Source: Raillietiella orientalis
Taxonomy: Eukaryota
Assembly (NCBI GenBank): GCA_036172245.1
Contig: JAYWIR010000017.1
Span: 620,001 to 684,000 of the forward strand
Length of the DNA stretch: 64,000 nt
Direction: 5' to 3'
Positions 14,001-27,917 of the stretch are shown here, piece after piece (the first letter of the stretch is position 1; each line of letters opens with the position of its first letter). The notes under the pieces are model-generated. The model saw nothing but the letters and a program-made list of their open reading frames with translations. It ran no database searches and had not been told where the DNA came from. Made by a program: the position numbers and the translations under genes.

Positions 14001-15396
14001 ATTCCATCAATGTTGCGCACGATGAGCTTCAGCAACTCTCTTCCAAACGAGAAATCTCTAAGTAATTTAAAGGAAAGAAAAAGATCTCTGGTTTGCTGCT
14101 ATCAACACAGAACTAAAATTTTTTTAATAAATGTGCATTTGATTTTTGGAATTTATTGACTGATTTATTTATTATCAAAGTGCTGAATGAAGCTCATATC
14201 ATTTAGGAAGCTTTAATGATCTACAACTGGAACGGATGCGCAAAAACCTACCGTGAAATGGAACAAATCCTGAGATCTCGATATTTTGCTTCATCTTGTT
14301 GACCAAGCATTCCTAAGGTTACTTGTTTCCAAATAATGACGAGATGATAAGAAAACAGCGATCCATTTGGTTCTGCTTATAAATAAAATTGTACTATAGT
14401 ACACTACATATCTTAGGTTTGACCCTAAGATATGCAGTGCAGTCCTCTTTGTCCTCTTCCTTCGTCCTCATCTTTTCCAGTTACTCTTTCGAAGATTTTT
14501 TTTTTCCCCTCCGCTTTTCTTCTTATCAGTGTGACTCGCATTTCCAACTTTCAGAATCGTTTGCTCCTGTGAGAGTGCCATTCCCAGTAGGTCATCGATA
14601 CGCTTCAGAAATCTCCATGTGGGTGATTTTTTCCAGTATTTTCTAAATAGCAGTAGCATTCCTGGGACAGTCTCAGTTCACAGCTCTTGAGTAACCAAAG
14701 GGATCTTCCATGCTGTACTTCTGTCCGGGCAACTTGCAGCAGAAGTTCTGTTTGGAATTTTCTTCAGGGTTGATACCCCACTAGGCATGAATGGCAGAAA
14801 CATGGGTGGTTTAGATTTGTGGAAGCGAAAGGCAAGTTCAGTCATCCTCGCGAAGTGAACCGCAGCTTCTCATGTAAATCTACAGATCAGCAGTTCACTT
14901 GCAACACGGCGATCATGGGTCCACTGCGTAGTTTGGGATTTCCCTCATCTTGAAGCCCGGATGACTTCTATCTCTTCTGAGGCTGTGTAGACAGTGGACT
15001 CCGGAGATTCCAGAATTTCAGTAATTCCGGTTCGTTTGCAAAGATTAAAGCCTGCGTTTCCAAGGGGAAAAAAAATTTTGGATCCAAGTCTCATTTTCCA
15101 AGTAAACACGACATTTTCCTGTGTACTCGAGGCACAAATCCATACGCGAACATTTCACAAGCAACCTGGATTTTGTCATTTCGTCGAAGCAGCGAAGATT
15201 AATGCTACTGATAGAGATCTGATTGTCCATTTCGAAATCGGTCAATCAGGGAAAAAATCCAACTTCCTTTAACGTGCATTAGCTGAGGTCCCTTCCTTCC
15301 CCACCTCTTCCCTGGTTGCTGATTTGCACCAGAGTAGAGTGAACACAAATCGCAAATTTTATCTTCCAGTATCCTTCTCTTCTTTGATCACTGGAA

Positions 15397-15479
15397 CTTC
15401 TTTTCTTTTTTTTTTTCTTCTTCTTTTTCTTCTTCTTCTTCTTTTCTTCTTTTCTTTTCTTCTTTCTTCTTTTTTTTTC
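15397..15479 (+). repeat. (CTT)n/poly-T pyrimidine simple repeat
   Basis: About 80 nt containing only C and T. Confidence 0.9.
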
Positions 15480-18400
15480 GATGATTCTTATGCCTGCATA
15501 CCAGAAATCTGAAAACGCTTCCGAAGGAGAAACGAGGTACAGAGCACCCAGATTACCATAGCTGCCAAGTCACTTCCAAGAGCAGTGGCTTCATCCCTTA
15601 GTATTTTCTCCTAGTGACATTCTGAAGAAGGGAATAACATCTCGATGCTGGTGACCACTACAGCGGTAGTCATCCTCCAGAGTCCATCAACCTGAATTTT
15701 AGATGTGAGAGCTCCTTGACCAATTCTTGGGAAGCAAAGAATTCTTCTGAATGAGAAAGAATGTTTCTTTCACACAGCTGAGTATGAAGATGAACAACCG
15801 CGGAAACCACCCACGAATGGAAAAAAAAAAAATACTTAGCGACATTTAGGATGCAAAATGCAAATTCACAGCAGGTGCCTGAGCTCACCAGCTCCACATG
15901 CCAGCACGAAGTCAGAAACTACATTTTATTGCGTCTCCATATTTCTTCCTTGAATGAACAGTCCTGCCGTATCACTGCACTTCGTGAGAAGTGCGGCAGC
16001 AAAAGCCTTATTCGTCCGGATCACAGGAAACCGAAATTAAGATGGCTCACAAAATCATGCCTCAGCTGCAAAAGGAATTAAGAACGGAACAAATGTTGTG
16101 CACAAGAAGGCGCAGAAATAGCGTTCGCAGTTAATATCCAGGACAATACAGAATTTTGGACACGAGCAAGTGTGAGCTGAAACACCGGAATGCAGCTGAT
16201 CTGTTTTTACCCCATCGTGGACCAACTCGAGAGCACTTTTGCGATAAGCGATTCCCTTCCGATTGGCATTCCTCGGGAAAGTCGAGTGTCTCTTTGCTAT
16301 TCACAGAGTATTTGAAGTTATGCAAAAGCTTGATGCTTCCGGCGATAATTTCGTAGAAAGTCAGGATCACTGACTGTAGGATCTTATGGATTCCTTAACA
16401 ACAGGAATCAAAACTGAATTTCTGGAGGCGCTAAGTTCAGTATGATTTTTACGTCCCCTTGAAATCAGAGTTGCCGACCTGACTGCCTCTTAAGGGGAGG
16501 GAAGGCCGGCCACAAATGGTGGACAAATCTGGCTCAGCCCTTGATTAGTTCTTATGGCTGCATTTATCAGCCCCATAAGATCTTCTGAGGATGGAATAAA
16601 TTCTCGCAAAGAGATGAGGAAAGGAATTTTTTTTTTCCATCAAAACATTTATTTGCATTTCATTGAAGTTTATTTTCATCAAAGGGGACTGCGTAAAGGG
16701 TCACTCAAGGATTGCACGTGTTTTCACGAAAGAAGTTCCATCAACAGATTGGATGATTCGTTTCCACTGTACCTCATCCAATCAGTTAGCAAAACGCATA
16801 GGCAAAGGATCTCAGTATAGGACTTATCTTCTGCCTTGCAACTCCCACAAGACTCGTTTCGGACGAAAAGTTTCCAATAGAATGTCAATCTGCTAATTGA
16901 AAGTTTATATCAATTAATTTTCAACGGAAAGTTCACGCGGCCAATAACCGCTATCGGAGCTCCAGGAAGGAAATTTCGTGAGTGTTTGGTAGATATGCAA
17001 GAGAATATGCTAAAGAGCCATTGTATGTCTATCCGATGGAGATTCCCGAGCTTATAAAGTACAATGTCCCATCATAGCTATGGGCCAGAATTCAGGAAAA
17101 CAGCATCTCTCTCTCTCTTCAAGGGAAACTAAGAGAATTGAATTTCGATTTACCAGCAATCCGAGCTGGTTCTGTGAAAGTCGGTACACAGAAACAGAGC
17201 CGCTCTACACGCTGAAAGCGATTTATCTTGATATCTTTTCGCGTTTAAGAACGTTAAGGCGTTCATGGGTACGTCAAGTCAGCGAGACATAGGCAATCCT
17301 TTTGAAAGATTTATTGCAAGTGACAGGAGGAAGTAGGTTCCAGTGTTTTCGGGAGAAAGGAGAGAAAAGATTTACGGCGTTCCTCTCAAAACGGACAGCC
17401 TTCCTATTAACTGTCGAAGGCAATAGGTATCTCGGACAAGGGGATAATCTTCTCTTCCTTTAGGTGCAGCATACTGAGGACGAAAAATGAGGGACGAATA
17501 AGTTTTGCATCTGTTCAGGGATCTCATTCTTAAGGTTAGCACCCCACTCTTGACACGCTGCATTTTCTCTGATATCTTTATGGCTATGAAGAGACGTTCG
17601 CTCTAAGACTTCCTGGAATCTTTCACCTCATAAATACTTGAGTTGTCCTGGGAACACAGAAGACTCGAGGAAGATAAAAAAAAAATAGTGTGATGAATAT
17701 CGTACAATTTAAAATGCATTTTTTTTCTTTCATCAAAGCAAAAACACAAAAATCCTTGTCTTTTGCACGGCTGAAAGACTGGCAGTGGCTTTTTTCTCCA
17801 CGACATCGAATAGGGAAGAATGAACGATAGATACAGCATAGAAAGCATGTTGTGCCTGGATGATGCGAACAAAGAAGTGCCTCGGTTCGGAGACGAAACA
17901 AATACTGGAAGCTGCAAGTCACTGTAGGCTGGATTGTGTGCTGGCTCGGTAATCGTGCGTTCACCTTGAGAAATGAAAAATTCATTCTGACTCTGAGAGA
18001 GTTTGGAAAAATAATCCCAGCCCTACTCCTTGCAGAGCCCGTCGCTGCAGTCGAGCGAGTGGGGCAATGCAGCAAAACAGGAAGGAGTAGAATGATCTGG
18101 GTAAAAAGAGAGCAGATGTTCTTCTTTTTCGCATACATTGCATGATCCAGTTTTGCCAGCACTTCGAAAAATGCATGACACTAGCCGCTGGATCATTTGA
18201 GGTCCCAGTGCCGTGAAAATTTCTCCGACCATTGTCTCATTTTTGAGTCATCGTCAGCCTCGCGAGGAATGCATCTGCAGTTCTTACGAAGACTCGTTGG
18301 AAAAATTTCGATTCAGGGACACTGAATGACCTTGCGCACTACCGCCCCCGGTTGGTCCGCCAAGCATCTCTTCTCTGCTCAGTGAGCAAAACTCTTGCCA

Positions 18401-19518
18401 TCACCATCTCATTGATCCCAGCCTTTCATCTCTGTTTCCAGCAACCCCTCCTCCTGAATGCCGGAACGAGTGCGAACGGATGCGTGGCTCTGCTTGCAGT
18501 CTGCACATCTTCTGATACTCCCACTTTTACTGCCTGATGCCATTCGATGCAAAAGTGGGGAACTTCGACCTGAGCAGCAGGCAGAGTCCTCCGTGAAAAA
18601 GAAGGCGAGTGGAATGCAAGATGGGGAATTCCATCCCGTGCTTTTGAAACTTTTGAAGGCGGCAACACCAAGTACTCCTTTTGTCTGGATTTCCATGTTG
18701 TTTCTGGAATTTAATTACCACCGTTGCGTATGGCTTATTGAGATTCTTTCACGAGATGGTCTTCGTAGGTTTTTCAAATCGTTCCCTCAGCAGTAGGAGG
18801 CTCTTGACATTAACTGCAAGATTGCAGTAACGATCTGCAAAAAAAATGCCATTTGCACTCAATGGTATCGTGAAATTGGTCCGTTGGGTGGGACATTTGC
18901 CCCATGAGTTTCCTGTATAAAAAGCGATTTCAGCTTTCGAACTGGTACCTGAATGAAAAACGGAGAACGAGAGCCTTAGGAAAAGCATTTATTACCAGCA
19001 TCTGGGTGAACACCATGCCGGAACGCTGTGTTTGCTCATCTGTGGTGCGATTTGTAGCACGGTACACGTGTTTCGAAATGGTCTTTCTCTCAAAATACGG
19101 AGTGAAAGATACGAAGCAAAAGAAAAGAGAACTGCGAGAGACAAAGAGTTGTGATACAGACGTCGTTTTCACAAAACGGAAAAAAAAAAAAACGAACTCT
19201 TTTGATCACACCTGAACGTGCGTGTATGTACCAAATGCATCCTTGAAGCTGGCAAAAATATCCGAGGATTTTCTCAGAATGTCTGTACCGTGTTTACCAC
19301 TGGATTGGAAGGATGAGCACCGATCTTTCGCACAATCCTTGTCTAGCTTTTTCATCTACAAGAGATTTCTCGTTCGGATACGGGCTCTGGAAAAATTTTC
19401 ATCATCCTACTCAGCATAGTTGATTATCATTCGGTTATGCCGGGGCAATGTGGAGTAGGATGATGGAATTCCTGTTGGGTTCTTCTGTTTCGATGCTTTC
19501 CTTCCAGGTTTCCTTCCC

Positions 19519-19715
19519 GGTCAACTTCCAATCCCTGCCAGTCAAGGGGAGCATCCGGTTTTCGCATCCGAAGCCTATAAGGCCAACCAGTGTCATCCTG
19601 CAGGGCGGAGGACTCGAAACCCAGGGCGCACCCATTTTTCGGCGTCGATCCTCGACGTGGGGATTCAAACCCGCAACGCTTTGTACCACCCGCTGAGAAA
19701 CCTCAGTTACACGAG
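19519..19715 (-). mobile_element. SINE-like repeat copy 3, head and proximal body only
   Basis: GGTCAACTTCCAATCCC...GCATCCGGTT...GAAGCCTATAAGG...GCACCCATTT...GGGGATTCAAACCCGCAA is colinear with about 7429-7640. Confidence 0.88.
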
Positions 19716-19748
19716 CGCTCGCTCGGGCAGTCTTAATTTCGCGCTATC

Positions 19749-19807
19749 AAGTTGCCTAGCTATCCTCATAGGTCGACCACACTGTCGACCTATGAGGATT
19801 GCAACTT
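19749..19807. repeat. Inverted repeat: 16-bp perfect stem, 6-nt loop, 7-bp outer stem
   Basis: ATCCTCATAGGTCGAC (19762-19777), loop CACACT, GTCGACCTATGAGGAT (19784-19799). Outer pair AAGTTGC (19749-19755) and GCAACTT (19801-19807). Confidence 0.9.
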
Positions 19808-22800
19808 TGTTTCGTCTCCGAACCGAGGTGCCCATTCTTCTTTGCTCGCACCCTCCAGATTGGCTCTGGGAGCACCAGAGCCTCTGCCACCAGTGTTTCG
19901 TAGCAGATAAGACTTCTGAAAGATTAGAAGAGATCAGGAAAACTCTGTGATGCCATGAGGGTGTCGTGGGAAGGCAAACAGGTGACAAATTCAAGTTGAG
20001 CACGCAAGCTGCATGTCCATCGACCTATCGAGGGATCACGCGAGCAACGAGTGCTCTTAATTACGACACTCCCAGAAATGAACTCGGAACAAACCTAATC
20101 TGCAATTTTTCATTCGAGGATTCAAGCTGATTCTTTCGAGACGAGTCTCAAAAACTTTTCCCTGCCAGTACTTTTGGGATGAGGGAAACGCCCTCCCTAA
20201 CTCCTTACATCCTTCGTTCTTAAAGTTGAAATCCGCTGCTACTATTTTTTTTTCCTTACAATCTCTCCGAAATCACGAAAATCCTGCCTCTCCCTACATG
20301 ATCTTCATCCCTCCTGCAGCGGTCAGATAATGTATTTGGATTAATGTATTTGCATTTCTGTTTGCCTTTGCTCAGCCTTCGGCTGCTTTTCAGCCACCTG
20401 TATGCTGCCAAGCACCTTTGGACACGTCGAAAGTCGGTCTTATCTGAACCTTTGTTTCCTGAAAATCTGCCATGAAGAAATGAAAGCTGCCAATGGATGT
20501 CTCCAAAAGAACAGGATCAAGAAAAGCATCTCATTTTTGCCTCCAATTTAGGAGCGTTCCGGCGTATCCACTCCTGTGAAGTGGACAGATCGAGAATCCC
20601 AGAAGCATACGCGTTTCCAGCAAGTTTTCGATTTGATGGAGTTTTTCGCAGCGTCGAGCCACAGCTCCTCGCTTCTTTTCCACGGATGCCCACATGCCTC
20701 TGTCGTGCGGTCTTTGACATGCACACCGGATGCCTGGTCAGCTCACTGATTTGAACGATGCCTGGATTTGCCAGTCTGATCCTTTTCGCTGAGGGCTTCA
20801 GAGTTCTTTATTTTCGTTTTTTGCATGTGTGAAGACCCAAACAGCCTCCTGACCATCTTGATGGTCTCTCTCTTCCTGCTTTTCAGCTCACTGACTGGCG
20901 CCTACAGAAAGAAATTTGACAAATCGAATCAGAATTCCACCTCATTTTATTTTGACTGCAGCCACAAGGAAAGAGATGCAAAATAGAAGAGAAGAGTGGA
21001 ATTTTGATCACAATACTTGGTTATCTCTAGCTGTAGAGCTCGTCTAAGAATACAAGGCAAATCAAAAAAAAAATAGCATATGATCATGAATAGAAAGGGA
21101 ATTCTAAAAAGAGAGATGATTGGATGTCTCTTCGTTTCCTAATTCCTCTTCTTTTGCCATAGCAGGAATATCTTGCTCCCAAAATACGCTTTCCATTTTG
21201 CCACTGTTAGCACTACAAGAGCATCTTCGGAGCGCCATCGTATCCGTCGAAGCACTTGCAGGCATCGAAATTTCCTGTTTCCATCCAGTGCAGAGTGATG
21301 GAGATTGGTAAGCAAGGAAGGTACTTTCCTCAAACGTGCTTTGTTTTCTTCATTCTCCTTTTCGGAGTTTTTCAGGTGGGTATGCAGAATGTGACAAAAG
21401 ACATCAATCAGCTTGCTCACTCTGACACCTATCTCATGAAATGAGGATGCCAGTCATCTGAGGTCAGAGCACCAGAAAAAAAAGTGACTTCATCAGAGAC
21501 GTGATACGGATGCATCAACAAAAAAAGTGTTGCATCAAGTGAGTGAAAGGGCGGCGGTTCCAGAAGGTCGCAAGGTAAAAACGGGCTCTTCCCTTGTTGA
21601 GGGAAGGCAACATTTGGGGACGCTGGTACGACGACACTTGTGTGAGAGCTTGGGGAGTGCTGAATTGAAACCAGAAATTGAAGCGAGCTTTGATGTGTTC
21701 ATTTCAAAGTTGCAGGCGAGCGTAGTTCATTACAGCTCATTTTTGGCAATTAAACTTTATCCTGCCTGGACCTTCCTGTTCTTCGAGTTTGGTATTTTCC
21801 TGTTTAATTGAATGATCATCCATCTGACTGAAAACACGGCATGAAATGTTTAGAGAAGAAATTTTTCTTGGAGCGATTAGGCACTGAAAATTCTAAGGAA
21901 AATAATGGTAGAGAGGTGCCATAAAACCGATGATGTTGCTGTCTGATTTTTCTTGAGAACGAACAATCCTCGGAAGCGTGCACTGAAGAAGTGCTCGGCG
22001 TGCATTCTCATGTGCACGGTAACTGGAATCGTGAAACGAAAATAGTCTCCTCCCTCAACTGCTGCACGCCAGATGAACAGCTCCAGGGAACTCAAACCAT
22101 AAACAAATAAACTGGCACTATTGTGCTAAAGTGGATCGTAAGGAGGTGCTAACGAAAGCATTCTCGCCAGAGATTAGAGATTGACATACCTCACATGAGG
22201 GAACACGAAGGCAGATTGACCGGCACTCATTTGCAAGACAAAAAAAAAAATGGCTTCAGCGGGTTCCAGAATCCCGGATTCGTGCTGCAGAAATTGTCCG
22301 GAAGGGGAGCGGAAACTTTTCCTCAGCACTTAGGAACGTTGAAGGTATTCCAAGAAGGATATTTGCACGATGGTCGAGTCTTCAAGCTGAGATGCGAGAA
22401 ACTGTGAGAAAAAAGGATAGCGAACAACCAAGGATGGTCTGTTGATGCACAAGATAGCATCTCCTGCGTCTCTCTCCTGTTCGCTAGTCTTTTGCAGGTC
22501 TGCTGCTGGCGTTTAATCTGAAAGAACCTAATTTTGATGTTCAGATTTGTTGGTTGTATGCATGGCTCAGAGTGATTTCCCTTAGAGAACACTATTCGAG
22601 GAACCGAAAATTGAAAACTGCCCTTTGGTGTTTGGTGAATTTGTGGAGATGACGCCTGACAATCCGAAGGATGATTTTGTTTTCAGGAAGAAAAATTCGC
22701 TCGTTTTTCCGGGAAATTCAAAAATTCAGAGCAAGTTATGAAAATAATTGGAAAGGGAATTCAGGATGGAGTAAAACTATGAGGAGCTACAAGAACAATG

Positions 22801-24308
22801 AGGTCTGTAAGAATTTTTTGCTTCATAATTTGACCTATTTATAGCTCGTAACTGTAGTTAATTCTGTTCATTTAAACTTCAGGAATGTCAGGAACTGAAA
22901 GAAACTGTGCATAAGAGCACTGTCCTTTCTGAAAGCTATTGCAGGCACATATCGTCTGACGCGAATGTCTGGCTATTCCGTCCATTCTGCTGGACCAGCT
23001 CATTTGCATTTTATTTTGAAACCACGTGCCTCTGCCCATGATTTTTTTCCAGAGGGCTTTGAGACACGTGAATTGAAGCGTGAATCTAGTCAACGAGTGT
23101 TCTTTGTTTTCCAGTTCATGAAAGAGTGACATACCATCCTAAGTGACGAATTCATTTCTTGTCCACACCTAGAGACTACCATCATCATCAAGGACCCTCA
23201 TAGTCCCTCACGAAACGGCAAGTGCATTCGGTATGACCTTGGAAAATTCGCAATCTGCCAATAATTCGCCTCCCACACGCCATTACCTTACTTCAGCTTT
23301 ACATGAAAATGTCGTGCTTAGGAATTTTGCCCGAATCTTTTAAATGGATAAACCCATCAGAAAGGGTTTTCCTTCACGACCGTGCTTTTTCATTTTATTC
23401 TTTCATTGCCTTTTCACGAGGCTGTTACATCAGAAACTTTCCTTTCCATCTATACATTAACTACATATGGTTGAGTGTGCATACCAACAGTACCGGCATC
23501 ACGTTGAAGACATTTGAAAAGTGGAAGCAACAGCTAAACTTTATCTGGGCTTGCGAGGATCTCATAATAATAATAGGGAGCACATTTTCAGGAATTCCCT
23601 AAGCTTTAGATTAATTTCTTCTTGTGGGAGTTGAGAACTGGTGAAAATACTTATGAAATGTTGACTTTAATGGTAACTGTTGTTTGTGAGGAAGGCATAG
23701 AGTTGACTGATGGTTCACACTCTTCTTTGATTGCTTTGATGGGTTGGGATTATAGGAAGGATTATAGGATGATGATTGAAACTGGATGTTGAATTTTTCG
23801 TCTTGAACGGGATTGGTAATTATTGGGGGTAGGCAGAAATTGTATTGATAGCGTTATTTATGGGATAGCTGATTGAGGAGAAATTCGAGGGAGAAAGGTT
23901 ACATTAGGGAGGTATGGTTTGTTGGCGATGGACACTGTTTTATCATAGTGTAGCATTGGTTTGCAATGGGATGGAACGCTCAGAATAATAGATTTATAAG
24001 GCATTTTTCGTTTTCTAATTATTTATCCATTTATTTCGAGAAGAAAAAAAAAGAAGTGATGATTCCGATAGTGATTGTGATGACGGAGTGTCAAGGCAAG
24101 CACGGTTCAGGTCTAGGATGTAGGCCTATGAACCTAGCAAACATATGAGTTTACTTATGAGATTGCTAGGTCTTTACTGTTTTCCACTTGTTTGTGTGTG
24201 TGTTTTTTCTTTCTTTTCTTTCTTATGATTAAATTCTCATAAAATTCAGTTCTCAATTGCTTCTCTCTCTCTCTCTTTTTTTTTTTTTAGCATCGCTGTT
24301 GTCTACAT

Positions 24309-24372
24309 ATGTGGGAATTCACTCAGCGAAACTTCCTGCTCCTTTTTTACATATTCTTCGTGCTTTCCTCTG
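24309..24372 (+). CDS. Candidate first coding (signal peptide) exon of the DIP/Lachesin-like gene: MWEFTQRNFLLLFYIFFVLSS
   Basis: Long (CT)n/poly-T tract ending in AG at 24289-24290, ATG at 24309, a 21-codon peptide with a hydrophobic core, and a phase-1 donor G|GTAATA at 24373. G plus AA of the 49098 exon gives GAA (Glu) in frame. The link across about 24.7 kb is inference. Confidence 0.45.
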
Positions 24373-26574
24373 GTAATACCTAATGTCCATTTACTCGAAC
24401 GAAAAAGTGAAGAACGGTTTCCTGTTCGTACGCCGTGACGGAATCCATCCATTGGTCAGCCACTCATAGCGGCGTCGTTCTCATCCAAGACTCAAGGAAA
24501 ACACGTGTGTTCTCACTCTCCCTGGAGGCACACTTGGGAGCTGAATTCCTTGTGACTCGAAACTCTTGTTCAGCTTGAAGGCATCATCTTCCTCGGACTT
24601 TGGCTTCTCGGCAAGGAAGATGGGAAAGGACGCCTACATTACATGATTTCTGAAGATTGATGTGTGTGTTCCTGATTTTTTCAGTTCGACAAACACGAAT
24701 ACCAAAATCGAACAAATTCCATTCTAAAAAGAGCTAGATCAATGCAAAAAGTGAGTTTCCAATATTCCCGACAGAAGGTACGGTTATAAGGGCGGAAAAC
24801 CGAAATCAGCTCGCGCTAGTCAGAAGAATGCGTATGGAAAGGTGACAAAGAATAGCACGCACCCCATTTTACATTCAGGCTCCTCCCTGAAATGCGTCCC
24901 GCGGTCTTCGTGAAGCAGGAGGATAATTCTAATTTGTTCACGCAAAGAGCTGCACGTGCAGTAAATCTTACCGTTGCGTGGTGACACTTCAGTCCGGCAG
25001 CTCGTGATAACTCAAGAATTATTCGAATCACATCATCCTATGGTCTGTTCCAAGGTAGGTGTATCATCTATTAGAATCGCTGTCGATGTGTTTTTGAAAT
25101 GTCCGTTTGCTATGCGGTAAAGACGGAGTGGTGGGAGCGGAATTCGCGCCGTAAAAGACAGTCTGAGCGAAATTTCCGGTAAAGATGCGATCTGCGAGCT
25201 TTCCACGTGTGCAGCCTTGTCGCCGGCACATGCTCGAGGAGCGGTAGGACCACGTAGTCTTGCCTAGAATGATTGGGGGGAGTTGCTGATAACGGCGCCA
25301 GGAGGAGAAATCTCTTCCAGAGAGAGGGACAAGTCATGTTTACGGAAAACAGTCGATTTGTGCGAACGGTCACCCGTCCTGCGATGCTGGATGGCAGGTC
25401 GCCTGTCCTCGGACAACCGCAGTGCTTCTGAGCAAAGAAGCACGCAATTGCAGCCAGGTGTACCGTGGTACATGGAAGAGAAGACATTTTAAGTTGCCAG
25501 TAAACAGAATGCGTCCGGATGGGATTTTTCGCTTAATGAGATTTCTGCTCTCCCGGTGACTCGATTCGTTTCCCTATTTGCAGAGCTACCAGCCAGAATC
25601 CTTCCATGCCGGTCCGTTCCTTCTCTGACTGCTTTCCATGCACCCCGCCATTAGAAATGCAATGCGAGGGTAGCGCATACTAATCGTAGATTCGCTCCGG
25701 TAAACCCTTGAATTGAAAGAAGCACAGGAACATAGCTAGAGGCGACCTTAGGAATCCCTGCTTGCAGGGTCTATTCACAGTGTGAGCGTAACCAGCTCAT
25801 ATTCGTGTGCATGCACAGACGTTGCTGTACACGTGAACGTTCATCTGTCTGTCTCTATTACACCAGCAAATGCAATGAAGGCGCTCCCAGGGAAAAGCGA
25901 CTTTTCCGACACAAAATAATCCACGTGAATCGCCGAAATTCCTTCCTTTTGATCTGAGGAAAGATCTCGGATGGGGCAAGCAAAATACCAGCGCCTCTTC
26001 CTAATGGATCCCCGAATTCTGAAGGGTTCTTCAAATCATCTCGGACGGCAATCAGAAAAGGATAGAAACCCAGCTGTGTGAGGATTTTCCATAACACTTG
26101 CTCTGACACAATAATAATGTGTGAGTTTCTAACTCGGCCGACTTATTTTCGAACCTTTTGGACCCGAAAAAGTGGAGGAGGACTGGGACAATCGCTAGTC
26201 TGTTTTGTAAGGAATATGGAAAGTCCACCCCGAAACCAGATGGGATTCCAGGAAGACGAAATGGGCTTGCGGAACGCGCACGGCAGAAGGGTGTGTTCTC
26301 GAAAGAAAAGATGTATTCGTAAATTCCTTGACGTTCCAATGCTCCCCAATGGGAACAGACTCGTTGCCATGGAAAAGCGAAACATCGTCTCCTGTTACTC
26401 AAAGCTGCTTCTCACTGAGTGCGGCTAGCGTCAGAGTCCGCACAGTTGTGGGCTTGGATAGGCTTGCTCCGCGAGTCCACTCAGCGGGATGAATGGATCT
26501 TTTTTTTCGCGATAATGATTGCAATTGGAATGCTGGGCATCGATGATGAGAAGCGTTTTGATTCCTGATTTTCT

Positions 26575-26624
26575 TGATGATTTCCATGTTATTTGTTTGG
26601 TGTAATGATGGCCCCGACTAGTTG
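26575..26624 (+). repeat. 50-bp direct repeat, copy A
   Basis: TGATGATTTCCATGTTATTTGTTTGGTGTAATGATGGCCCCGACTAGTTG recurs at 27868-27917 with one mismatch. Confidence 0.92.
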
Positions 26625-27867
26625 ACGAAGTGTGATAAAAGCAGTCATCTTACAATATCGTTCTCCCCGAAGAACCTACAGTGAGAACAGGACGTTATAA
26701 GATGCTGCTTGAACAATCAACTCTTCTAAGAAAATTTCGTGTTCGTAGACAGTCGAAAGTAGAAAAAAAAAAAAAATCCCCTGAATGAGACTTATGTAAG
26801 TTTTATGCGACTTTAAAAAGTCTTACAAAATGACCACTGGATGACGAACGTGACCTAGGGGTGGCATTGCAATCCTGTCACTGTTTGCTCTCCCATTGGA
26901 GCAGATCATTGAGAATGACTCATTGTTGACACATGTCAAAAGCAGTCTTGAAAGAGAATTGATCTGGTCGGAGCCTTTCCAATATCCAAGTAAAACCAAC
27001 GTGTTCTCCAGTAGTGGTAAAGTGAATTCTGGTAACGAATAATTTATGATAACTGAAGCAAAAAAACAAAAAATACACATCTGCTAAGGAATGAAATTTT
27101 ATTTGAAATATGCTATGCCAACCCAAGGAGAACTGCACTTATTTTTCTGGCAGTGTTTTCATTATTTCGATTCCCTTATTATGACGGATTCTAGATCGAA
27201 AGGCTAAAAATAGATGTTCCCAAAATTTATGGAATGGGATTTTAAATTGGAAATCAACAAGCATCTGGACAGCTGAGCTTCCATTAGCATGAAATTTTGG
27301 TGATCTCCACTCCGAGACAAGGGTTCATGTAATAAAAGCTTAATAATTTGGTGACCACGAATGACTTTCCTGAAGGCATATAACCAAATGCTTGGGGAAT
27401 GAAGGGATAAAAAAGCGCTGGAAATGTCCTTTAACAGTGAGCGAAAGGCAGGCTGAGATGCAGAAGAAGGAAATAAGTGAGATTCATGCATCTTTCTTTG
27501 TTAACCTTCATCTACTTATTGACAGACGACTTAAATTCAAATAGAGGCGCCACATGTGAAAGCTTAACTTTCAGACCACCCTACTTAGGGAACAAGAACA
27601 AATGGGGCATTTCCATCCCCTTAGATTAAAACTTGTTTTCCTCAGTTAATGTAGATTCACGAATGTTCAGCTAAAACTTGTTTTCACAGTTCTTCACCTG
27701 CTTCTGAGATTTGAATATTTGACAGTTCTTCTGAGTCTGTTTTGACTTCCGACTCGAATCGGGTCGAGCTGCTTGCAATAATCAGAAGAGTTCTGAAACA
27801 GCTACAGATGATCTCGAATTCTGTTTCCAATACTTTCGAAGCCATCGACTTGATCAGTGGTATTTCC

Positions 27868-27917
27868 TGATGATTTCCATGTTATTTGTTTGGTGTAATG
27901 ATGGCCCCAACTAGTTG
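27868..27917 (+). repeat. 50-bp direct repeat, copy B
   Basis: Identical to 26575-26624 except for one G to A change, which lengthens the palindrome to CCAACTAGTTGG. Confidence 0.92.

Noticed and set aside
21015..21038. ACTTGGTTATCTCTAGCTGTAGA resembles miR-9
   Set aside because: It has a seed mismatch and a 2-nt insertion, and no complementary arm nearby to form a precursor.
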